Shown here: piece after piece, positions 11,775-22,182 of the stretch
Position numbering within the stretch: the first letter of the stretch is position 1
Layout of the letters: each line of letters begins with the position of its first letter
From: Saprolegnia diclina VS20
Lineage: Eukaryota
Assembly: GCF_000281045.1 (NCBI RefSeq)
Contig: NW_008246079.1
Coordinates: 627,415-663,217 of the forward strand
Length of the DNA: 35,803 nucleotides
Direction: 5' to 3'
Notes under the pieces: model-generated
What the model was told of the DNA's origin: nothing
Seen by the model: only the letters and a program-made list of their open reading frames with translations
Database searches by the model: none
Position numbers and translations under genes: made by a program

Positions 11775-12832
11775 TCGTCGTTGGCGTCGTGTGTAAACAA
11801 ACGTGGTATCATTGCTGTGGAAGGAGCGGACTGAGAAGGCTGCACGTCGTCCTCTCCACGAGCGAGCGACGGCCAAGCACTGCGCTTGCATCGTACTCGT
11901 ACGTGAAGTGGGATGTCGAGCGCTTCCAAAGAGAACGCATTCGCTCGCATACAAAGGAAGACGAAGGGGATGTGCCTGTCGGGATGGACCACAGCGTTGA
12001 CGGCAACGAACGGTTGGTGCTAAAGACATTGCGAAACAAAGAGGCCTATCATATGCAACGGGTCAGCGTCACGGCCGTGGGACGGACTGTCGGTCCAACC
12101 TTCAAGGCTGCGTGGAGCCGACGGCCGAAGGTCCAGCATCCTTTTTCATAGACGTATCGTACTACGGAGCGCTGGCGTCGATCCAGCGGTGGCCAGGATC
12201 ACTCGTGGTCGGCCCGGTGTGCTGCACAGGACGCCGCTTGAGACAGGCGGGCACGTGACGTGGCGCGACCAGCCGCTCATCCTTGAATCTTTTTGTCGAC
12301 TTGGGCGACGGTGATTGGCTGAAATGCTACCACCTGCCGATCCGGGCGCCGTCGTGCGCTCGAGCGCGAGGACGACCACGTCCTGAGGCTCACCACGTCC
12401 TCCATCGCAAACCCTCCTGCAACCAGTGTCCTGCATCTCGCTCGTTGCTGCTCCGGGCAAAGGCCATCGGACGAGAGTACGCTACTGCATATCTGCAGCA
12501 CCTGCGCGAGAACCGTTTCCGGTCGAACCGGCGTCTCTTCTCTGCGGCCGTGGCGTCGCCGCCGCAACTCTGTTCCTGGACAGGATTCGCTACAAGACGC
12601 GCACGGTATAGAGAGCAATCTGCCCCGTTGCGCCTGCGTGGCGTTGGCACGCTGCTTCCTCCGGACAGTGGCAAAATCTTCTCCTTGGCTGCTCGACGGC
12701 GCGCCACATCACTTGCGACACGCGGGGGTTGGGGGCCCGAGTCTCAAAAAAGAATCCAACTTGCGTTTTCGTATACCGACCTTGACGTTGCCCCAGTTTA
12801 GATTTTGACACTTCGGCAACAGCACTCATCGC

Positions 12833-14585
12833 ATGGCCCCGCACCAGACTGATCATGCCTCCGTGGATACGACAATGCTGCCCAAAGAGCCTTCGCCTCA
12901 CCTTCCTGGTACGTCGCCGCCATGACCATGCGTCTCATGCAGCCTCGTAGCGTATGGCACCTTTGAAGAGAACGACGCAATGGCGTCGCCCGGCGACCAG
13001 GTAGGACATGCAACTTCAATGAAGCAAGGCTCATGCACGATATAGCCTCGCCACGTGAAATGGGTCATGGTCGGCCTCCTCTCGCTCCTCTCGGGCTTGA
13101 ACCAAGCGATTTGCTACTCGTACGCACCGATCGCCAAGATGGCCGAAGCGTCCTGGGACTATGGCGTATGCATGCTTCCGCCGTCATGGTCATCTCGTAT
13201 GCTCATGCGACGCGTAGGTCGAGTCGACGACGCTCATCACCATCTACTTTATCGTCTACCTCCCGTTCGCGTTCGTGGGCTCGTGGGTCATGGACAAGAA
13301 GGGCCTCCGCTATGGCGTGCTTCTCGGCGCCATCCTCCAAGCGGTCGGCGCGTCCATCCGGTACCTCGCGACGGCCGGGCACGTCGACTCGTCGTTCCAA
13401 GTGCTCTTCCTTGTCCTCGGGCAGACGCTCGCCGCCATGGCCATGCCCTTTATGGTATCGTCGTCCGCCCTATTCTTATTCTCATCCGCCTTTGTATTAG
13501 GTCAACTCGCCACCGATGCTCTCGGCGCTGTGGTTCCCGCCGTCCCAGCGCGCGGCTGCAACGTCGATCGCTGTCAACTGCAACCAGCTCGGCATTGCCG
13601 TCGTGTACGCTCCTTGCCTCGTCGATGCAGTGCTCATGTGCGGGGGTGCGTAGGTACCTGCTCACGCCGTTCCTCGTGCACTCGCCCGACGACGTGGCGC
13701 CGTGGTCAGGCGTCATTGCGCTTCTCGCGCTGCTCTCAACAGCGCTCGCGTGCTGCTTCTTCCAGCGCTCGCCGCTCTTTGTCGCCTCATCGACGTCGTA
13801 CGACGCCAAGCAGTGGGTCGCGGCCTTCCACCACGACGGCTTTGGCTTGACCGTGCTCGTCTTCTCGATCGCCGAGACCGTCATCAACGTGCTCTCGTCG
13901 ATGCTGACGCACATCCTCAACGTCGACGGCTTCTCCAAGGTTGGCATCCTCCTACATACTCGTCGGAGCCGCCTCCTCATGGTTGCTCGTAGACCCAAGA
14001 AGGGCTGATTGGCGCGGCCTTTATCGTGAGCGCGCTCTTTGGCGGCCAGTGCCTCTCGGCGTACGTCGACGCGACCAAGGCGCACAAGAAGGCGCTGACC
14101 GTCTGCCTCGTCCTCACTGCCATCGCGCTCCTCCTCTTTGAACTCGTTCTCACAGCGTCGGACGTCTTGCCCAACCACGTGGTCTGGACGCTCGTGTGCC
14201 TCATGGCCGCCGGGCTCTTCCTCGGGCCGCTGCAGCCGATTTCGCTCGAGCTCGGCGTCGAGTGTGCGCACCCAACGACCGAGGCGACCGTCGCCGCGCT
14301 CCAGCAGCTCTGCGGCAACCTCCTCTCGGCGATCGCGGTGCCGCTCCTCAGTATCCTCTCGCACGCCGAAGAGCCGGTCGGCGACGACGTGATAACGTGG
14401 CTTGACATGCTCTCGACGCCCCAGTCGGTGCTCAGCATTGCGCTCCTGCTTACCGCTGTTGCTTTTTGCCACTTGTACGTCCATCGAATCGGTCCCATGT
14501 CTCATAGTATGCTGGTCCTTCTAGCAAAGGCAAATTCAAGCGCTTTGCCAAGGAGTCCAACTCGTCCGAAGACATTCTCGTGTAA
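12833..14585 (+). CDS. MFS transporter, FLVCR/SLC49-like (paralog 2, about 7 introns)
   Basis: MAPHQTD...AYGTF...|PRHVKWVMVGLLSLLSGLNQAICYSYAPI...GSWVMDKKGLRYGVLLGA...GQTLAAMAMPFM|VNSPPMLSALWFPPSQRAAATSIAVNCNQLG...LELGVECAHPTTEA...FKGKFKRF. Colinear with paralog 1. Stop TAA at 14583-14585. Confidence 0.9.
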
Positions 14586-14681
14586 GCAGCGAGATAAGTG
14601 GTGAATGCATGGGGTTTATGATGATAACAATGGAGCCTTGGTGCTACGAAGCTACGTACAGAGAGCAAGGCGCGTGAGCGA

Positions 14682-16681
14682 CTAGGCTGCGGTCGCGAGG
14701 TCGGAACCTGGGGCAGGCGCCGTCGTCGACGCCTTTGGCATGTGCATCAGACTCCAGCCAAGGGCGATGGTGCGTGCGGCCGACCCGAACCGGCTGTGCT
14801 TTGGCCGCGTGTTTGCCTCCTACGCCATTATACTTCGACTGTGATGCGAATGGCTCCGACTCATACCTGGTTGCTAATAACAGTGTCCAGCAGGCTGCTG
14901 CTCTGACGAACCATCGTCGCGGGCAAGGCGGCGCCACTGTCGACTTCGTCGAGAGATGCAGGCATGGCCACGCTCTCTTCTTCGGGTACAGACGCGAGGG
15001 CGGTTTGTGCAGCAAGCTGGCGGTCCTTCTCAGCGACGAGGGCCTCGTAGCTGGCAATTTGCTGGCGCAGCACGTTCATTTCAGCGCGGCGACTGCTGTC
15101 GAGCGCGTCGGTCTCGTCTTGGAGCGAAGCCAGGCGCGCGGTGGCCTCGGCGAGCTGGTGCCGCAACGTTGTGGGCTCTTGCAGTGCGATCGCAAGCGCC
15201 TCCTTGTCGGCGCAGGCCTCCTGCGTCGCCGCTGCTTGCGCGGCGTGGAGGCGGGCGATCTCGGCGGCGCACACTTCGAGCTGCGCGGCCGCGAGGAGAT
15301 TGCGTCGCCAGAGGAGCGCAATGATACTGAGCACAATGGCCCAGAGGACGATAAGCAGCGGCGACGCATGGTCGGCGACTGGCGGCGCGCAGCTGCCAAG
15401 GCCTTTGGCGTCGACAAGGATCGGCGCGGCAGGCGTCACGAGGAGCACGTCGGCGTCGACGGCCGGAAGGAGCTCGATGGCGCACTGCGGCATGCTCGTG
15501 TCGTCCAACGAGGATCTGGTCAAGTTGCCTCGAGTGCGGTCCAAGACGGCGTGGTGGAGGTACCTGCCGCTCGACACGGGCCGCGCCGGCGTCACCAGCG
15601 CCGTCTTTGTCGTCGTCGTGTCGTCATTGTAGCTGCGTTGCCCATCGTTTTCGATGGGTGTAGCACCCTGAACGGTTGCTGGCGGCGCGTCTTCGACAAT
15701 CGCCGACTCGGCGGGCGCCACGACAAGGATCGCTCGACCATGGTCGTCGTCGTCGGCTTGGTGTACCGGGTCGTCAGCAACTGCACTGTCGCCGATCGTT
15801 GCTCCGGATTCCGGCGCAGCAGTAACAATTGGGGTCATGGGGCCAGCCAGAAGGGGCTGCGACATGGGTATGTCGGTCGGAACTGACTCTTCATCGTCCA
15901 GATCCGTGACCTCGAGAACGTCGTCGTCTGCAGAGCGCTCAACGACAGGGGCATGCACACCGAGGCTTGCGTCGTCGCCACCGGCGCCCGCGGTCGTCGG
16001 CAAAGACTGAGCGTCGAGCGCTGGCTCGGAGACGGCGCTGAGAGCGGAGCCTTCGACCGATGGGTACGTCGTTGGCAGGTCGGTCGTTGTGTCGAGGAGG
16101 TCGGCGCTGTCGATCTCTTTGATGACCATGGCGACATTCTCGACGCTCGGCGCCGATGGGTCGGAAATGTTGTTGGTCGGAGTCGGTGAGTAGGTCATGG
16201 ACAGACCGGCCTTGCGCATACGCTTCCAGGCTTCTGTGCGCGCAAAGGCAAGCTCGAGCGTCGTGAGGCACATGGACGGATCGAGCATGTGCGGGTGGTT
16301 GGCTTGGACCGCGACGTAGTGGCAGATACGACTGGCGAGACTCTCTGCCGGCATGTCGACCCACTGCCATAGGAGGTCGTTGACGACGAGGAAGACGGCC
16401 TTCTCATCCGTGGCCCACGCAGCCGTCGTGAGCGCCTCGAACACGACCTTGCAGCGCGTGCTTGGCAGGCCGTGCGCAGCGCAAAAGTCGGCCAAGTGCT
16501 GCTGCAGTGCGTCTCGGTTGTCTTCAACGATCAATGGCAGCGGCAGTGGGACGACCAGCGGAGCGTCACCGATGTAGACGGGGAGGAGTAGCGGGACCGG
16601 CGGCGACAGTGCCAGCGCTCCCGGAGGCAGGTCCGCTATCGCTGCGGACGCGAGCGCGACCGCTAGCCACTGCCTCATCAT
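14682..16681 (-). CDS. Predicted type I membrane protein: signal peptide, small Cys-containing domain, acidic/PTS-rich stalk, TM helix, cytosolic coiled coil
   Basis: Long ORF starting MMRQWLAVALASAAIA (signal-like). Contains LADFCAAHGLPSTRCKVV and RICHY...SMCL Cys pairs, TM SPLLIVLWAIVLSIIALLWRR, then heptads. A GT-AG intron near 14820-14866 gives a last exon ending TAG at 14682-14684. Confidence 0.75.
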
Positions 16682-17556
16682 GGACGGACGCGAACTGGCC
16701 GTCCAAAAGTTGAATTCGAAAAATGGATCCGTGTAAATCACACGCACACGCGTGTGAAAGGCCAGTTATCCGAAAAGCCACACACACATCGTGTGGGAAA
16801 CCCCGCCATCTTGGCCATCTTGGCCTGCAAGTATAGTGAGTCTTCCTGCGCGGTATCCGGATACCAACGGCTTATCTCAGTTCTTAGCGGGCACGCTCGG
16901 AGCCCGTTGCCACCGTCTTCGATCCCGCTAGCGACGTCGAGTCGTCGCCTGCAGGACCATTCAGTAAACACTCTCATTAGTATCTGCATTAGTATAGACA
17001 CTGACGCCGTCCCTGGTCGGACGCTGTCAACGTGAATCAGGCAACCCCGAATCAGGTGGGCATGTGTATCACCTTGCGGTCGTGATATGTGGAGCTATCG
17101 ATGAGACTGGTGTCAGTTCTTGACGGCAAGCGCCGTCAAGCGCCGCGGCGATGGGCAAAAGCTCCGAGTTGTACGTCGCATTCGATGGGCGACCCGCGCT
17201 GGCGCTGTGCGCAGAGCGTGCCACGCGTCCTAGAGTTTCCCACGGGCTAACATCCGGATTAACATCCGGACTCGGGACACGGGGGACCAAGCCGGCGGCA
17301 TTGCTTTGCGATTTGTATGGACGGGCCAGGTCGGATCCGGATACGACGTGTGTTACACGTTGTATTTTTCACGTCCCGTGGAGAACGCTCGTTTTGTATG
17401 CGAAAGGCGCGTGCACGTGTTTTTCACGTGCGTACGTCAGACGCATTTGACACGCGGACGTCCGGATAACAGCCTGGACTTGAAATTTGTATCGGCGTCT
17501 GTCACGGCGTCGGTACTACGACTGGCAGCTGGAACAGTCCAGCATTCGACGACAAG

Positions 17557-19917
17557 ATGGCGGCGCCGAAGAAGAGCGAGGCCATCCGCCTGGCCGAGAG
17601 CTGCAAGTGGGCCGAGCTGCGTGTGCTCGTCGAGCGCGATCCCGCGGCCGCGCAGGACCGCGACCGCTATGGCATGATCCCGCTGCATTGGGCTTGCACC
17701 GACAGCCATACGCCGCAGGAGCTGCTCATGCTGCTCCTCAAGGCGTACCCGCAGGGCGCGCGCGTCTTCAACTCGGGCAAGATGCTACCATTGCACATTG
17801 CAATCAAGGCGCAGGCCAACGTCGAGTGGCTCCAGGCGCTCCTCGCCAATTACCCCGAGGCTGTCCTCGTCAAGACGCCCGTCAACGAAGACGTCTTGTC
17901 GCTCGCGAAGAAGTCGCGGCTGCCGCCACGCACGATCCACCTCCTCGAAGAGATGCGCGACCACGTGCAAAAGATGCACGGGTCCCGCGAGAGCTTCCCC
18001 GAGCGCCTCGGGTCGCAGTCCAGCGAGCCCGGCGATGGTAGTACCACATGTCTTTGTTGCCAGCGTCACTCACACTTCGTCATAGACAACGTGCTCGACG
18101 ACGACCATGCGATGCCGCGCAAGTACAGCAACGGGCTGCAACGCCCGGCGTCGCACTCGGCGCCCGCCTTCCGCAACACGGCGTCGTCCAGCTACGGCTC
18201 GCAGCGCAGCTACAACGATTCGCTCTCGGAAAACGTTCGCTGCTGAACGCACCACGTTCGATCGCTGACCTCTTCCGTAGCACATGCCCATGAACATGCA
18301 GATCCCCATGGAAGTCGAAGAGCAACCGTATCTGCTCGATCCGCAAGCGCGTCGGTACTCGAACCGCCTCGTCGTCTCGCTCCCGCCTCGGTACGCACGC
18401 ATCTCCATAGCGTCTCGGCGACTCACGTGGTGTCCTTGTGGTAGGTGGCAGAATGCGCCCAACTGCCACATTTGCTCGTGCAAGTTTGGCACATTCAAGA
18501 AGCGCCACCACTGCCGCAACTGCGGACAGTCGATCTGCACCGACCACTCGGCCAAGCAAAAGCTCAAGTTGCCGCACTTTGGCTTGACATCGCGCCAGCG
18601 CGTCTGCGTCCTCTGCCATGACGCGCTCACGCGGGTCGAAGCCCCAATGCTCGACACGCAGCACGTGGTCGCCAGCGCGCGGGGTGCGCCTCTATACTCG
18701 CAGCGCGCAAATTTGCCCGGTACGATGACGCGCACGCAGTCAACGGGTAGCATGTCGGGCAGCTCGTCGCGCGGGTATGTGCCGCCGCCGCCGCCACCGC
18801 CGCACCGCACGTACAGCGCGTCGTCGTCGCGCTCGGACGACATGTCCCCGCACATGTACCCGCAGATGCTGCAAGCGCCAAGCAACTACGCGGACAAGGA
18901 CACGATGCTCGAGGACATGAACATGCAAGTCATGCTGCTCCAGCAACAAGTGTCCAAGCTCATGGAAGAGAAGCAGCAGGCCGAGGCCCTCCTCCTGCGA
19001 CACACGAGCCTCTCCGAGTCGGCGAGTGCGCGGAATACAGAAGACTCGAGCTTCTCGCGCGCGCAGGACCTCGGGCTCTCGATCACACGGGATCCGTCCA
19101 TGCTGGGGCTCACGCCGCAGCCCGTGACGACGGCACCCGCGACGCCGCCGCCTCTCTCGCCCGTCGCGCACATGGAGCCGCCGCTCTCGACCACCTACTC
19201 TGGTAGACACAGCTTTCGTGAGATGTCATCATGACACGTTGTTGTAGACACGTCCGAGACGTACACGTATGACATTCGGGAGACGTCGCTGACGGACCAT
19301 GACACGCGTGACACGTATTTTGAATTCGTATGTCGTCCTGTTGAATGGCGTCCCTTGATGACTACCGTCTGTAGCGCGATACCGCGTACAGCTTGGACGA
19401 TCGGGAAACGTTTGTCGCCAAGTATCTCAAGCCGACAACACCGGTGGCCAACTTGGCCAACATCTCGGAGAGCCCCGAGTCGTCTGCCGTCCGATTCGAC
19501 GACAATGACCAAGAAGAAGAAGACAACATGTCGGTGCACGACCTCGTCGACGATGACATTCCGCGCGTCACCGACGACGACGACGCGGCGCACGAAGAAG
19601 ACATTCAGGAAGTCGACACCCTCGTGACGCTCGGGATTGCGATGCTGCAAAAAGGGTCGGCGAGCGGCGCGGTGGCCGCCTTTGAGCGAGCGGTGGAGCT
19701 GCTGCCGCAGGACCCGCTCCTCTATTCGTACCTCGGGAAAGCGTATTATGCGGACGAGGACCTCGACCGCGCAGTGCTCGCTCTCGAGCGGTCGCTGGAT
19801 CTGGTCCCGTCGGCCGCCAACTCGACGCTGCTCGGCAAGATCCTCTTTGAAAAGGGCGACCACGACAAGGCCATTCTGGCCTACCAGAGGTCGCTGGAGA
19901 TCCAGCGTGGCAACTAG
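17557..19917 (+). CDS. Ankyrin-repeat + FYVE zinc finger + coiled coil + TPR protein, multi-exon
   Basis: ANK-like GMIPLHWAC and KMLPLHIAI. FYVE WQNAPNCHICSCKFGTFKKRHHCRNCGQSICTDHS...RQRVCVLC. Coiled coil LEDMNMQVMLLQQQVSKLMEEKQQAE. Three TPRs (LVTLGIAMLQKG..AVAAFERAVELLPQD; YSYLGKAYY..LERSLDLVP; LLGKILFEKGDHDKAILAYQRSLEI). Confidence 0.9.
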
Positions 19918-19952
19918 ATGTGTGGAGCTAATAATATTCGACGAGGTTAGGG

Positions 19953-21983
19953 TTACACATAGTCTTTGGCGCGGAAGAGGTTGGTGACAATCGCGCGACC
20001 GGTGGCGCTGATGCGCGACGGCAGCTGTGGCGCCGCCTTTTGCGTCTCTTGCCACAAACTACAGTACCGATTGAAAATGTACTTTCAAGGTATCAAGTTG
20101 AAAGTACCTCAGAAACGTCGGGTGGGCCGCGCCAAGCTCGCGCGCGCGGCCGGCGCTAATGCCAGGCACCTGCATGAGCATCATCTGGTACAGCTCGCCG
20201 GTCGTCGGCGCCGCCTTCTTCCGGAACGTCTCGTTGAACGCGCCAAACGACTGCCAATTCGTCGGAATGAGTTGCCTACACCCGCGCGTCATTCGACACT
20301 TTGTATCAAGTTGATACTACGTAAAGTTGCGCAGCGACGCGGGCGGGCGGCCGACCGACGCGGCGGCTGGCGGCGCGGCGTTTCGAACCTTGTACACAGT
20401 GCTAAGCTCACGCACTGTGTGCCAGTGCAGTGCCGATAAGAACGCGACCGTCTCGTCCGGTGACGCAGCGTGGTGCACGAGGTAGTTGTTGAGCACCTAG
20501 GACGGGTCATGAGCCGAGGCGAAGCCGTCAACGTGTCGTACCTGTGTGCGGGTGAGGGCGGTCGCGAGGGCGGTGGCGCTTACGATCGTCTCGACGGCGA
20601 GCGAGCCTTCGAGAAGGTACACCACGTAGCGCAGCCCGGTGTCAGCGAGCCGCTGCTTTTGCTCCGTGTAGCGCTTGTCGATGATACTCATGGCGAGGTC
20701 TGTGACGGCCTTGCGCTCGACGACAACATCGAGGACAAACTCTTCCGTGATGGGGCGGCCACCTGCAGCCAAGGTTGCAGTACCTTCGGCAAACAAAAAT
20801 GTACCAAACGTAGGGCGGTGGCGGCGCGCAATCCAAATCATATCGCCGAGGTGGAGACCTCGGACTTCGCACGTGACGCCGGCCTCGAGCAGCTTGCGCT
20901 CAAACACCGACGGGTTGCTTCGGGACACCATCTGCGAGCATCCTCTGTCAGCACTCACTCGGACATATCGGTGCACACCTCGCGGTGGTCGAGGAGCAGC
21001 ACAACCTCCCATTCGTCTTGCGTGTGCGCCAGCGGCGCCTCCTTGGGCTCAAATTTAGACAGATTGGTCGACGCCCAGTCAAACGATTCTGTCGGCGCGT
21101 CCGTCGAGGCTGTCGTGATCGCAGGGGCTTCCATGGGCGGTCGCCGGGCGACCGGGCCGGGCTCGGCTGCTTGGGCGGCGGCGTCGCTGCGTTGGCAGTA
21201 CTGGGCGCTCTGGATCCCTACAATAGCTCGAGGTTGTATAGAGGCTGGTTGTGTGAAGCGGACCGTCCGATGTCAAGAAGAGGTGCCCGTAGAGCGACGA
21301 CCTGGCAACAACCTTGTGGGTACTGACAAGGGCGACGAGACTCGCGCGCAGCTGCCCTTGGTCGCTGGTAAACTACGCAATGCACGCGTGAGGGATCGTC
21401 AAGGATGCGGTAGCGACCTACCCCGAGAGCTTGCATGCGCGCGATGACGGCCTCCGTGTCCACACTCAGCGCTTCGCACGTTGCCTCAAGCTCGGCCAGC
21501 GCCACGAGAATGTACCATGGCTCTACGAGGTAGCGTGGGCGTATGAATACATGCTGGGTGCAGCGAGATCGTACGTTTCCCTCGCGCAGGCCTGTACTTG
21601 GGCGCTGGCTCCGTCGGCGCGGCGCGCTCACGCGGCGCGACGACCGGGACAGGCGGCTCGTCCGGGACTGTCGCCTTGTGCTTCTTTGGCCGTGGAGCGT
21701 CGGCCTCGTGCACGCGTCCATTGCCGCTTGCTAGTCGAGTGAGGATACCCTGGATCTTCTGGCCAATGAAGTTGCCAATGCCCTTGAGGGCCTTGGCCTC
21801 GTCGCCAGTCTGGATCACGTGGGCACAGTGGCGGATCGAGTACAACGCGCGCTTGTAGTTGGAGACAACGTGGTTTTGGTTGCCCGTGTTGCGCGTACTC
21901 GTCGCCGCCTTGACCGCCTCGGCCTCGAGGATCTTCTCGAGCGCTGCGGCAAGCGCCTCGTTCGCTGGGTTGGCACAGGCCAT
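19953..21983 (-). CDS. MUS81: Crossover junction endonuclease MUS81, multi-exon
   Basis: N-terminal HhH (NYKRALYSIR...EAKALKGIGNFIGQKI), winged-helix start KYRPARG, ERCC4 nuclease (LHLGDMIWIAR...VLDVVVERKAVTDLAMSIIDKRYTEQKQRL...VVYLLEG), C-terminal HhH (MLMQVPGISAGRA...HPTF). Inferred stop TAA at 19953-19955. Confidence 0.93.
20303..20317. repeat. Palindrome GTATCAA-G-TTGATAC in MUS81 intron 20276-20320
   Basis: Exact 7+1+7 inverted repeat that recurs elsewhere in the window. Confidence 0.8.
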
Positions 21984-22182
21984 GCTGCGGTTTGATTTTT
22001 AAAATACCCGAGCGTATCCGGAATTCGTCCCTGGATTTCCGGATTGGATCACTGGGACAAACCCTGGGACAAACCGGTTTTACCTCCACTTTCATCCGGA
22101 TATATACACTTATCCGGAGGCTGTCGAAACCATTGCGAGACAACGACCGACTCGAGGGATAGACGGAAGGGGAAGAGATCTT
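21984..22182. promoter_or_regulatory. ~200 bp divergent promoter between MUS81 and the TOG protein gene, with four TCCGGA copies and a CTGGGACAAACC direct repeat
   Basis: Head-to-head ATGs at 21983 (-) and 22183 (+). TCCGGA at 22017, 22038, 22095 and 22113. Confidence 0.6.

Noticed and set aside
11775..12832. ORFs of 100-215 aa in the ~1 kb spacer between the two MFS genes
   Set aside because: No recognisable domain, no clear GC3 bias and no convincing splice chain. Treated as intergenic, although a fast-evolving gene cannot be excluded.
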